From a virus (lineage: Duplodnaviria; Caudoviricetes), in the IMG/VR virus record IMGVR_UViG_3300015082_000002, positions 1 through 48,701 of that record: a stretch of DNA of 48,701 bases; one strand, written 5' to 3'. Positions within the stretch are counted from its first letter, which is position 1, and each line of letters begins with the position of its first letter. Shown piece after piece: positions 1-8,360 of this stretch. The translations under genes were made by a program, and so were the position numbers. Under the pieces are notes generated by a model. That model was not told the origin of the DNA. It saw only the letters and a list, made by a program, of their open reading frames with translations, and ran no database searches.

Positions 1-126
1 CCTGGAGAGGTTGGCCTTGGAGAGGTTGGCCCTGGAGAGGATGGCCTCCACGACCGCAGCTCGCACCGACGCCGCATCCTTGGCGACGTACAGCACCTTG
101 CCGTTGACTGACTTGATCTCGATCAT
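1..126 (-). CDS. Pentapeptide-repeat protein, 5' part (continues across the contig end into 48266-48701)
   Basis: ATG at 126 overlaps the upstream TGA (ATGA) after GAGGA. Reads MIEIKSVNGKVLYVAKDAASVRAAVVEAILSRANLSKANLSR and runs off the window in A(N/I)LSx repeats. Confidence 0.85.
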   Translation of the reverse strand, partial: MIEIKSVNGKVLYVAKDAASVRAAVVEAILSRANLSKANLSR

Positions 127-638
127 GCGGACAGTTCCTCTCGGATCAGGGCTCGGGCCGCGTTGGCTCGAGCGAGGACGGTGGGATGCGTCAGGCCCAG
201 GAGGGCGGCGGCTTCACGCAGCGCGGCTCCGCGCAGCTCGGTGAGGATGAAGGAGGCACGCTCGGGCTCGGCCAGGGCGCGGACGGCCCGGTCGAAGTCC
301 TGACCGAACGTGGCCATCTCGGGGGTGAGCGGTCGGCCCAGAGCCAGCTCGTCCAGGTCATGCGCGAGGCCCGAGGGCTCCTCGCTGAACCCAGCCTGGC
401 TGCGCCGGTCTGACTTGCGCCAGTGGTCAGCGAGCAGCGAGATGATGATACCCCGCGACTCATCGAACAGGCGGGCGCGGGGGTTGTCGGTGATGCCGTC
501 GCGGATCTGGTTGAGCAGCTTCTCGAACGCGGCCGAGGTGATCTCCTCGGCTAGCTCATGGCTCCCGGTGAGCCAGAGGACGCGGTCGTGAACCTCCTCG
601 GAATGGGCGCGGAAGATCGCGCCGGCAGAGTCGGCCAG
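123..638 (-). CDS. ECF-type sigma-70 factor (sigma2 + sigma4), probable CTG start
   Basis: Frame of ORF 123..317 stays open to a CTG at 638 behind TAGGAGGG. The extension has region-2-like HDRVLWLTGSHELAEEITSAAF; the C-terminus has region-4 HTH LAEPERASFILTELRGAALREAAALLGLTHPTVLARANAAR. Confidence 0.8.
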   Translation of the reverse strand: MADSAGAIFRAHSEEVHDRVLWLTGSHELAEEITSAAFEKLLNQIRDGITDNPRARLFDESRGIIISLLADHWRKSDRRSQAGFSEEPSGLAHDLDELALGRPLTPEMATFGQDFDRAVRALAEPERASFILTELRGAALREAAALLGLTHPTVLARANAARALIREELSA

Positions 639-797
639 TTTTCCCTCCTACTACAAACACCGCGTGGATGCCTGTTTTGGTAGACGCTGTACAGAATCCG
701 TGCAGCCGGGGGCGGCGAAGTCAGGTAAGAGCATCCCCCCCGGCTCGGTTCAGGTGGTCTTGCCGCCCCCGCCGTCAGGCGGACGGGGCGTGCTGCG

Positions 798-842
798 CTC
801 TAGTCCAAGTAGGGGTCAGGAGGACAAGTCCTCCTGCCCAGT
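798..842. repeat. Palindromic element GGGGTCAGGAGGAC-AA-GTCCTCCTGCCC, related to 8150-8189
   Basis: Direct reading. Its flank CTCTAGTCCAA (798-808) recurs inverted at 8179-8189. Confidence 0.7.
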
Positions 843-938
843 CGTTCAATGGGGACTGGAGACGCTAGGGAACCATGATTAGGAACTAGTCCCTATTAGT
901 AACTCTGCTCTTGTGCATGTAGGAGATTCTCGAGGGGC

Positions 939-1193
939 TCATCCCTCGTCCTTCCCGGCCAGCAGATCGACCGAATCCTGAACCTGCCTGATCCACCGCC
1001 GGACAAGCCGACCCCACACGCTCGGGCGGTCGCGGTAGGTCACGAAGGCCACGGCCAAGTTTGCCACGGCCTCGGCCAAGTTGTTGACGTCCTTGCGCTG
1101 TCCTTCGACGTCACGGACGAGGGCACAGAGCAGCCCCGTCATACTCATCGCGCCGTTGGCGTGGTCTGTTAGCGCCGTGCGACTCTCGGTCAT
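939..1193 (-). CDS. Hypothetical protein
   Basis: ORF coupled to the upstream gene, with SD GAGAGGA. Confidence 0.55.
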   Translation of the reverse strand: MTESRTALTDHANGAMSMTGLLCALVRDVEGQRKDVNNLAEAVANLAVAFVTYRDRPSVWGRLVRRWIRQVQDSVDLLAGKDEG

Positions 1194-1582
1194 AGGTTCC
1201 TCTCAGCCTCGGCAACGAGGCGGTCAAAGTCAGGGGTTCGCTTGAAGCGCCTGTCCGCGATGTACGAGGTCAGGCGGGTGTAGAGGTCTGTCCAGTCGAG
1301 GTCGATCAGGGCGTGTTCGAGAGCCCACCGCCATGCCCACGCCTCGCGGTCGAGGCGCAGTCCCTTGAAGCCGGCGGGGTCGGCATGGTGGCCCAGCTCG
1401 TGCAGAGCGATCTGGTACGGGATCACCGTGTCCGGGATCTGGCTGACCGTGATGTAGCGGGCGCCGTCAACCTCGACGGCCTCGCCTCCCACGGTCTTGC
1501 AGTTCAGGCAAGTCCACACGGGCACGTCGAGATCCCTACCTAGACGCTGCACATGCTCAAGCAGCTCTTGTCCGGTCGTCAT
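1190..1582 (-). CDS. HExxH metallopeptidase (ImmA/IrrE-like)
   Basis: IALHELGHH followed by REAWAW (E-x-x-A). Confidence 0.65.
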   Translation of the reverse strand: MTTGQELLEHVQRLGRDLDVPVWTCLNCKTVGGEAVEVDGARYITVSQIPDTVIPYQIALHELGHHADPAGFKGLRLDREAWAWRWALEHALIDLDWTDLYTRLTSYIADRRFKRTPDFDRLVAEAERNL

Positions 1583-2016
1583 GGCGTATGCCGCTGGGCG
1601 TTGTGGTGCTTGGCGTGCTCAGACTGGCCCGAGAACAGGCGCAGGTTCTCTAGACGGTTGTCCTGCTTGTCGCCGTTGACGTGATGCACGACTTCCTCGT
1701 CCGCGAGGTCGCGGCCAAGGTGCTCGGCCATGACGAGTCGGTGCTCGTACACGTACATGCCTCGGCGTCGACCGCTGGTGCCGGACGCCATACCCACGCG
1801 GGGGTGGTCTTGGGTGACGGTGATGCGTATGTACCCCCCGGACTCGCTACGCCCTCCGCGCCAGCACGGGTGGTCTTTCCCCGAGAGGGCGTCCGCGCCC
1901 CGGCGAGAGTGCCCACGTATGAACCTCAGCGGAAGTCCGCGGACACACCCTTGGTGGCTGTCAGTGCGCCAAGCGATCTTGGTCTCCTGACCGCATCCGC
2001 ACTCACAGGCCGCCAA
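1579..2016 (-). CDS. HNH homing endonuclease
   Basis: CECGCG N-terminus, HPCWRGG, YEHRLVMAEHLGR, VVHHVNGDKQDNRLENL. Confidence 0.9.
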   Translation of the reverse strand: MAACECGCGQETKIAWRTDSHQGCVRGLPLRFIRGHSRRGADALSGKDHPCWRGGRSESGGYIRITVTQDHPRVGMASGTSGRRRGMYVYEHRLVMAEHLGRDLADEEVVHHVNGDKQDNRLENLRLFSGQSEHAKHHNAQRHTP

Positions 2017-2197
2017 CGTCCCTCCTTGAATCCGTGTCGGCGGCCAGGCGGTCGCGTGCGGACTTGAGTATCGGCGCGATGATCTCCCAGAGCGCGGGGG
2101 ACACGGCCGTCCCGAGCTTGCCCCCGGCGCGCAGAAGCGCGTCCAGCTCGGTCTGAGTGAGCCACACTTGCGCGAGGTTGGTGGGTCTGCTGCTCAC
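2003..2197 (-). CDS. Hypothetical protein
   Basis: Short ORF coupled by a GTGA overlap. Confidence 0.55.
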   Translation of the reverse strand: MSSRPTNLAQVWLTQTELDALLRAGGKLGTAVSPALWEIIAPILKSARDRLAADTDSRRDVGGL

Positions 2198-2421
2198 GAC
2201 GCCACGCTCCGCTTCAGCGCCTTGAAGAACTCGACGCCGTACTTCAGCTCGAGCGTCCCCGCGGCCAGGTCGCCGCGATGGGGCAGCTTCGGGAGCAGCG
2301 AGCGCCCCTTCTCGTCGCGGGCCGAGTCCTTGCCGACGAGGCCCGAGGTCAGGATCCGCGGGTCGCTGCTCGTGCCCGTGAAGCGCATCTGGCTGCGGCG
2401 GTTGGAAGCGTTCTGAGTCAT
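2194..2421 (-). CDS. Hypothetical early protein
   Basis: Start reassigned to ATG 2421, behind CCCCGCCAG and GAGAGGA. Confidence 0.65.
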   Translation of the reverse strand: MTQNASNRRSQMRFTGTSSDPRILTSGLVGKDSARDEKGRSLLPKLPHRGDLAAGTLELKYGVEFFKALKRSVAS

Positions 2422-2600
2422 GTATTTCCTCTCATCTGGCGGGGTAAACGGCATGGATACAGCGTTGTCCAGCCTGGCAAATAGCCGCCGCAGTGCGGCG
2501 TGTACCCTCTAGAAATACGCCCTAGAGTGTGCTACGTTTCGGCTGTTGTTCATGCGGCTATACGGGCCTTGACGAAGCCCCCATCACAAGGAGCGAGATC

Positions 2601-2801
2601 ATGGCTGTAGAGACAGTGAGACGGAGCGACGTGTCGGGGAAGGAGATCCCCGAGGGCACGGGCGCTCGAGTGCGCGTGATGTTCTACGACGGCGTGCGCG
2701 TCGACCGGCGTGCAGACCTGACCGATGCCGAGGTCAAGCAGTTGCTCGACTTCACGAAGGACGTGCAGCCTCGGCCGGATCGGCGGGGCCCGACGCGCTA
2801 G
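2601..2801 (+). CDS. Lsr2-like protein (dimerisation domain only)
   Basis: SD AAGGAG. MAVETVRRSDVSG...VRVMFYDGVRVDRRADLTDAEVKQLL resembles the Lsr2 N-domain pattern. Confidence 0.55.
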   Translation: MAVETVRRSDVSGKEIPEGTGARVRVMFYDGVRVDRRADLTDAEVKQLLDFTKDVQPRPDRRGPTR

Positions 2802-3018
2802 TTCAGTTCCCCGCTCAGCGTGCGGACGGACGCTTCGAGTATCTGACGTGCCATCAGAGCACTGATCGGCGGCTCGGCCGATTACGTGGCGCTTGGCCTC
2901 GTGGACGTCGGCGGCGGGCAGCTCGACGCGGCGGTACTTGCGGACGGGGGCGGGCATGGTCACTCCTTCTGGCGGGGTTGCGTTGCGGGGCATCCCTCGT
3001 TCGGTGTACCCCGTTTGG

Positions 3019-3032
3019 GGAACGTATGTTCG
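3019..3032. promoter_or_regulatory. Putative LexA/SOS box
   Basis: GGAAC-GTAT-GTTCG matches the Gram-positive GAAC-N4-GTTC consensus; it is intergenic. Confidence 0.5.
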
Positions 3033-3044
3033 TATCCGAGGTAC

Positions 3045-3097
3045 AAGAAAAAGAGCCCCCGGCCTCAGCGCACAAGTAGCGCAGAGCCAGGGGTGCT
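3045..3097 (-). terminator. Intrinsic terminator
   Basis: Imperfect GC hairpin followed by CTTTTTCTT on the minus strand. Confidence 0.65.
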
Positions 3098-3306
3098 GAA
3101 GGCGCACGCAGGCGCGGGCCAACGGCCCGACGTGAACTGCGTACTTCTCGGGCCGAGCCGGTGGGCTCAGGGTCTCCCGACTTCAGACACGCGCACGGCC
3201 TTGACCACCGCCTAACGGCGTGAGCCGGCCACTCCCCGTCCTTGATAACGGGCCTGGCGACATGCTGGATTTCATGCCTCATCAGCCGAGGGTCTGGGGC
3301 TGCTGG

Positions 3307-3576
3307 TCAGTCGTCCTTGTTGACGACGAACGTGGACACGGAGCCGTCAGGCTCCGAGATGACGCGGTAAAGCAGTACGGTCGGGCCGAACAGGGACTCA
3401 CGCGAGACGGTGAACTCGGCGCGATCCTTCTTCGGCACCTTCTGCGCGAGGGTTTGGGCGCGGGTGACGCCGAGCGCCGCTAGGGGCTCCTCGTGTAGGA
3501 GCCCCGCGGGCCCGGAGACTCGGAACACATCCGTTCCGAGCGTGGGCATTCCTTTTGGTGCCTTGGGCCTAGCCAC
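3307..3576 (-). CDS. Hypothetical protein
   Basis: ORF overlapping the upstream stop. Confidence 0.6.
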   Translation of the reverse strand: MARPKAPKGMPTLGTDVFRVSGPAGLLHEEPLAALGVTRAQTLAQKVPKKDRAEFTVSRESLFGPTVLLYRVISEPDGSVSTFVVNKDD

Positions 3577-4102
3577 GAGCGGCCTTTACCAGTGCCGGGC
3601 CGTTGACGATGAGGGCGCGCGTGCGCGCTCCCTTCGGCAGGAACACGAACCGCCCACTCGGCGGGTAGTGACGCGCCCGGACGAGCACCGGCTCGCTGTA
3701 CGACGGAACTGTCTGCCCGCAGTAGAGGGTGCCGATGCAGAGCAGGTACCTACCGCCCTCGGTGATTGTGTCCTGGTCGAGCGGCTCGAAGCCTTGCTCA
3801 ACCAGTCCGGCCAGGGTGGCCGCGGCAACGTCGTCGCGCAGCTCGCCCTTGGCGAGGTAGACCTCGTTCCCTAGCTGCTTGAGCAGCCGGTCGCGCTCGG
3901 AGCCATGCCGCTCGTGCGGAGGCAGGTCGCCCGCCTTCTCGTTCACGAACCGCTCGGCGTCGTCGTCGTAGAATCCGCCGCTGGCCCGGAACTCGGCCAC
4001 GAGCTGCTTGATCTCCGGGTGTGTCCCGCGCGGCTCTCGGCGCAACCACTCCCCCTCCGGGAGCGCCGCCTTGGCCTCTAGGTATGTGCGAATCTCGCTC
4101 AT
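3569..4102 (-). CDS. Hypothetical early protein
   Basis: Box + GAAAGG SD + ATG; phage-like codon use. Confidence 0.75.
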   Translation of the reverse strand: MSEIRTYLEAKAALPEGEWLRREPRGTHPEIKQLVAEFRASGGFYDDDAERFVNEKAGDLPPHERHGSERDRLLKQLGNEVYLAKGELRDDVAAATLAGLVEQGFEPLDQDTITEGGRYLLCIGTLYCGQTVPSYSEPVLVRARHYPPSGRFVFLPKGARTRALIVNGPALVKAARG

Positions 4103-4371
4103 GGTCGTCGTGCCTACCTTTCACTGGCGGGGATTTGACAGGCGGAACTGCCTCGGCCCGACCGCAGATCAGGCCGAGGCAGCACCGCCCGCCAGGGTCG
4201 GTGCCTCGTTCGCGCTCGAGGGTGGCCCTAGCCATTGCTCCCGGCTGTACGGGCTCTTAGGGGATCGACTACCCCCGTGCGCGGTCTAGTGGCGCCGCTG
4301 TAGGAGCTGGGCGCCGTGGTCGATGTACGTGGGATGCCTGCGAGGGTGAAGCCAGGCACGAAGCGCGGCGA

Positions 4372-4662
4372 TCATGCCGCACCGTGCTCGGGGCAATCCT
4401 CGAGCCCGCACTTCGGGCACGCGGACTCGCCGCATCCCTCGCACACGCCGTCAGGGCCGACACGCGGCCCGTCGGGATCGCACCCCGCGTACCAGTGCCG
4501 CCCCGGAATCGGCGCGTCGTATGCCGCGGGCCGATGTACTGGCCAGAACTCCCGCGCCCACGGCTGCCCCACGCACCCGCACTCATCGATGGGGCACTCG
4601 CAGTAACCCTCGTCCGGGCCGAGGAAGTGGAGGTGCCCGCACTCAGCGCAGGTGCTGGTCAT
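4372..4662 (-). CDS. Small Cys-rich (Zn-binding) protein
   Basis: Start ATG 4662 behind AGAGGA; several CxxC motifs (CAEC, CEGC, CPKC). Confidence 0.65.
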   Translation of the reverse strand: MTSTCAECGHLHFLGPDEGYCECPIDECGCVGQPWAREFWPVHRPAAYDAPIPGRHWYAGCDPDGPRVGPDGVCEGCGESACPKCGLEDCPEHGAA

Positions 4663-4823
4663 GTCGAGTCCTCTACGAAGCGCGCAACCCCGCCGGCGTA
4701 GCAATCCGCAATCGCGCGGATCACTTCCCGATTCGACATGTAGTCCACGGTTTCGCCCTGGAAGTCGCACCACTGGGCCTTGAGGTACAGGCGCATTGCG
4801 CCGAGGATGGCGACGGCAGACAT
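4659..4823 (-). CDS. Small hypothetical protein (54 aa, absent from ORF track)
   Basis: MSAVAILGAMRLYLKAQW...; GGAGG SD; coupled at both ends. Confidence 0.6.
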   Translation of the reverse strand: MSAVAILGAMRLYLKAQWCDFQGETVDYMSNREVIRAIADCYAGGVARFVEDST

Positions 4824-4966
4824 CAGAAGGGCACCTCCATTTCAGCCGCGCTAGGTGCCGCGGGGGTGAAGTTCCAGAAGTCATCCTGCGAAGGGTCGGG
4901 AGCGTTTGTCAGCTCGCGCCATTCTTGGAGCGCCTCGAGGCGCTCGTACAGCTCGTCGGAGATCAT
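4823..4966 (-). CDS. Small acidic protein
   Basis: ATGA-coupled; MISDELYERL...EMEVPF. Confidence 0.6.
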   Translation of the reverse strand: MISDELYERLEALQEWRELTNAPDPSQDDFWNFTPAAPSAAEMEVPF

Positions 4967-5406
4967 GCGGACACCCATGCCTCGAACTCGTTGCACGCGA
5001 TGGATGCGATCAGCTGATAGGGCACGTCGTCCGCGATGGCCCGCGCGTACTTCGCGAACTTGCGCCACTTCGCGAGCATCACGGCGTCCCAGTCCTCGAC
5101 GTCCTCGAGCCCGTGAACTACGGCCCAGCCGCCCGAGCGTCCGGCGCGCTCGACCGTGACGCCTGCGCCGAAGATGTCGGCCGCGTCCTGCTGAACCTGC
5201 TCGAACTCGTCTTCACAGATGAGCCAGAACAGCCCATCCATGTACTCGTCCGAGACGTGGCGCTCGATCCACTCGTGCGTGAGATGCACGTTGAACTCGG
5301 CGGTATCCGGTAGCTTGACGTCGTGGACGTTCTTGTAGACCTTGACGTTGACGGCCGGACGGCCGCTGTACTGCTCGACGTCATCCTTTGTGCGGATGGC
5401 GGACAT
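4963..5406 (-). CDS. Hypothetical early protein
   Basis: Box + GAAAGGA + ATG; acidic 147-aa protein. Confidence 0.75.
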   Translation of the reverse strand: MSAIRTKDDVEQYSGRPAVNVKVYKNVHDVKLPDTAEFNVHLTHEWIERHVSDEYMDGLFWLICEDEFEQVQQDAADIFGAGVTVERAGRSGGWAVVHGLEDVEDWDAVMLAKWRKFAKYARAIADDVPYQLIASIACNEFEAWVSA

Positions 5407-5482
5407 GGCTTGTACGTCCTTTCCTGGCGGGGTTACTAGACGTTCAAGTCGAGCCCCGCCGTACAGGGCTCGATTTCAGCGT

Positions 5483-6058
5483 CTAGGGCTTGAGTCGAAT
5501 GGGCATTAGGAGCGCTCGCGGCGCGTCGTCCCCGTAGCCGGTGATCGGAGAGACGAGGATCGGCCCTAGCGGTGCGGGCTCTAGTGTGCCGCCCACGGCC
5601 GTGAAGCGGATACGGACGCCATCGCTGCCCATCGCCTTGGCCAGCTTGGCCAGCCGGACAGCGTCTAGTCCGATCTCGAACGTGGCCACGTTGTCCGGGA
5701 ACATTTGCTCCAGGTTCGGGAACGTGTACTCGCTCGACTCACGCGGAACCGTGAGATAGGGCGCGAGGTAGTCTCCGTCGGACGGTATTCCCTGCACAAC
5801 CTGCGCGTCCCCGTTCACGAGGATTGCCGTAGCGAAGCGCTTGTCCGGCGGCTTGCGTGACGCCTTCAGCGTATCGACCGGAATCGGGCCGGGTGTGTCC
5901 CCGTCGTCCAGGTCGACCGGGAACCGGGCGGCCATGTAGGAGTCCGTAACCCATACTTCGGACGCATCGACATTGAGATGCACCTTGCTCAGTACCGGCC
6001 TGCTCGCATCCCGAGATGCGATTAGCTCCGGCTGCATCTTGCTCGACTTGAAGCGCAT
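5483..6058 (-). CDS. DNA polymerase III beta-clamp-like protein (shortened)
   Basis: Start ATG 6058. ASRDASRPVLSKV, VTDSY, FPNLEQMFP, IGLDAVRL and the LLMPIR C-terminus are DnaN-like. Confidence 0.7.
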   Translation of the reverse strand: MRFKSSKMQPELIASRDASRPVLSKVHLNVDASEVWVTDSYMAARFPVDLDDGDTPGPIPVDTLKASRKPPDKRFATAILVNGDAQVVQGIPSDGDYLAPYLTVPRESSEYTFPNLEQMFPDNVATFEIGLDAVRLAKLAKAMGSDGVRIRFTAVGGTLEPAPLGPILVSPITGYGDDAPRALLMPIRLKP

Positions 6059-6090
6059 GACGTATTTCCTTTCAACTGGCGGGTAGTGGT

Positions 6091-6198
6091 TCAGGGATTG
6101 AGCGAGTGCGCCACGGTGAGTAGCGCGTAGATTTCCGGCCCTAGCACGATGATCGCGGCAAGGGCAATGCCGGTCAGGAATGCGGCCGTGAGGGTCAC
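6091..6198 (-). CDS. Small membrane protein (35 aa)
   Basis: Box + GGAG + GTG; hydrophobic TAAFLTGIALAAIIVLG. Confidence 0.6.
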   Translation of the reverse strand: MTLTAAFLTGIALAAIIVLGPEIYALLTVAHSLNP

Positions 6199-6248
6199 GG
6201 GATGGGCTCCAATCTGGCGGGGATTTGGCGCCGCAATGCGGCGGATGG

Positions 6249-6509
6249 TTAGGCGAGAGTCTGGAACGTCGGGCCTTCGCCCGTGCGGCCGTCCTTTTCG
6301 CGGACGATTGCGACCAGCTCGCGCCGACCGCCACCGCTCGACCCGTGCGTCATGTAGATGCGGAACTCGTCGCCGTCGTCGCCTACCGTGGCCTCGACCT
6401 CGACGCCGGCATTCCAGCCGCGCAAGTGGGCATCCTGGCCGCGAGCTGAGCCCGAAGCCGTGACGGAGTTTCCGCGGCTGTTCACCGTGGAGCAGTAGAA
6501 CCGTGACAT
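6249..6509 (-). CDS. Hypothetical early protein
   Basis: Box + GAGAGGA + ATG. Confidence 0.75.
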   Translation of the reverse strand: MSRFYCSTVNSRGNSVTASGSARGQDAHLRGWNAGVEVEATVGDDGDEFRIYMTHGSSGGGRRELVAIVREKDGRTGEGPTFQTLA

Positions 6510-6586
6510 GGGTGTTCCTCTCTCTGGCGGGATGGAGCGCGTAGGCGTTCCTATGCGGGCTCGTTGCCAAGCCCGCCTAGCAGCGT

Positions 6587-6925
6587 CTAGAGCACTGCGC
6601 TTGCAGAGCGCACTACCTCGTCCTCAACGCCAGAGCTGAACCCATCCTCGAATGCGCTGAGAATATCGTCAGCGGCGTCGTCGTCCTCGTCTACGTCGAG
6701 CGAGGAGAGAACGTCCCTCGGGAGCAGGCAGTCGGCCCATTCCCCGGATAGTGGCGAGGAGGGGAGCGCGTCGAGCACGGCTGGATCTCCGTCCTCAATG
6801 CCCGCGAGAATGTATCGCGCAGTGTCCTCGGAGGTATTACCGTCGATGACCCACGATCCGGCAGCCTTCCCGTGCTCGTATCCGGCCACGCGGGCAGCCT
6901 CGATAATGGCGTCGTAATCGCGCAA
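6587..6925 (-). CDS. Acidic hypothetical early protein
   Basis: Box + GAAAGGA + TTG. Confidence 0.75.
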   Translation of the reverse strand: MRDYDAIIEAARVAGYEHGKAAGSWVIDGNTSEDTARYILAGIEDGDPAVLDALPSSPLSGEWADCLLPRDVLSSLDVDEDDDAADDILSAFEDGFSSGVEDEVVRSASAVL

Positions 6926-6965
6926 TGGGTGTTCCTTTCCTGGCGGGTTATCTATCGGCCGATGG

Positions 6966-7151
6966 TTAGGCGAGAGCCTTGCGAATCTCGGACATGGACA
7001 CGCGCACTGCCGCGCCCTTCGTGCGCCATACCTGCCCCGTGCGAGTGTCGCAACGGGCGACTACACACGCCGAGCCCTGCGGCAAATCGGCGTCGTACAC
7101 GTCCAGAATGAACGGCGTGTACTTGTTGCGCGGCTTCGTGCGTAGGGTCAT
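6966..7151 (-). CDS. Hypothetical protein, first gene of the early transcript
   Basis: Box + GAGAGGA + ATG. Confidence 0.7.
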   Translation of the reverse strand: MTLRTKPRNKYTPFILDVYDADLPQGSACVVARCDTRTGQVWRTKGAAVRVSMSEIRKALA

Positions 7152-7389
7152 TGTCGGATCCTCTCTGGCGGGTTATCTCTCGGCCGCGCCTCACGCGGTC
7201 GAGCCATAGTCCGCTTCGATCTATCGGACGCCCGTAGCAGGCTCGTGGGCCTTGGGCTCACGTTGGGGCGTTGCACCCGTTCCGACTGGCGACCTAACCC
7301 TCTAGTCCGATAGAGGCCTGCGTTAGACGCTTCTCTCCGAGTAGTGCCGCTTCACTCTGCGGGTGCTCCGGCTTTCCGTATCTAGGCCC

Positions 7390-7417
7390 AATATAGCCGC
7401 TGTACAGCTAGAGTCAA
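7390..7417 (-). promoter_or_regulatory. Leftward early sigma70-type promoter with an operator-like palindrome in the spacer
   Basis: TTGACT-16 nt-TATATT. Spacer holds GCTGTACAGC (7399-7408), with a second copy at 7445-7454. Confidence 0.75.
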
Positions 7418-7472
7418 TACGTAGTTTCTACTTGTTGTGCAGCCGCTGTACAGCTCGTGGCCCAGGCTCTCC

Positions 7473-7509
7473 GTGCGCGCGTAGTGCGCGCGTAGTGCGC
7501 GCGTAGTGC
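7473..7509. repeat. 11-bp tandem repeat GTGCGCGCGTA x3
   Basis: Direct reading. Confidence 0.9.
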
Positions 7510-8149
7510 CTGGCCGGGCAAGGGTGCCCAGCCGCGCCGATCACTGGGACGGCTGGGCACTGGGCACGGGGGACGACATCGGGGAGTGTTGGCATGCCAG
7601 GCAACGCACCTCGTCACTGTGCCCAAAGCCCTCGCTGTACCCTAAGATAGGTGTCAGGCTAGGCAACGTACACTCATGCCCTGCCCACTAGTTGCCTGCC
7701 CTGCCAACACTGCCCACGTTGCCCAGCCTGCCAACGCCGTGGGGCCTCCCTAGTTGTCCGCTGAGGCAACGGCCGGCCCCCTTGGGCCCGTGTGCGCACA
7801 GGGGGAAGGCCACCCATCACATGACTGCGCCTAAAGGCCCTGTGCAGGGCTTTCCTGCCCCGACTGTTGCCTGTTCTGGCTACATACGGGGCCGTGTTAT
7901 ACACCCGCCATGGCCCCCGAGGGGAACCCCGGCTCCAAGAGGTTCCCGATCTGGCACCGAGGGGGCCAGGGTCGACCCGGAAGGCGCGATGAGCGCCGCC
8001 ATTGGCGACGGTGGGGGCCGATTTCGGGTCGATTGGGGGGCGCCAAAGGGGCCACCGAAGGGGGCTTCGATGGCCAGCCGGCCTGGGGCTATCGGTGCCC
8101 CCCTCGAGATGCGCCGGCGGGGGCCGATTCGGCGGTTTGGAACCCTAGG

Positions 8150-8189
8150 GGGGTCAGGGGACAAGTCCCCTGCCCCAGTTGGACTAGAG
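8150..8189. repeat. Palindromic element GGGGTCAGGGGAC-AA-GTCCCCTGCCCC, related to 798-842
   Basis: Direct reading. Confidence 0.7.
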
Positions 8190-8360
8190 AATGGGCCCCT
8201 ACGGGGCCCTTAATAGGGAAAAACCGCGTACGCACGCGAGGGAGGGGCCGATTTGGCTCAGACAAGCCCTTCTTCCGCCCCGGCCGCCAGGCCGAGAGGG
8301 CGGGTTGCCAAGTTTCTCACCCCCAGCGGAATAAAAAGTGCCCCCCAGCGCGGTTTACTT

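Larger units (their letters stand above)
2436..7172 (-). promoter_or_regulatory. Nine start-associated CCCGCCAG boxes (2436, 2969, 4124, 5424, 6076, 6214, 6524, 6940, 7165)
   Basis: Each CTGGCGGG on + lies immediately 5' of an SD and start codon on the minus strand. Confidence 0.85.

Noticed and set aside
3245-3295. Hammerhead-like CTGATGA on the minus strand followed by a stem
   Set aside because: The stem is followed by GCCA rather than GAAA, and stems I and III could not be built.
7473-7740. CRISPR array
   Set aside because: Short tandem or irregular repeats without unique spacers; no cas operon.
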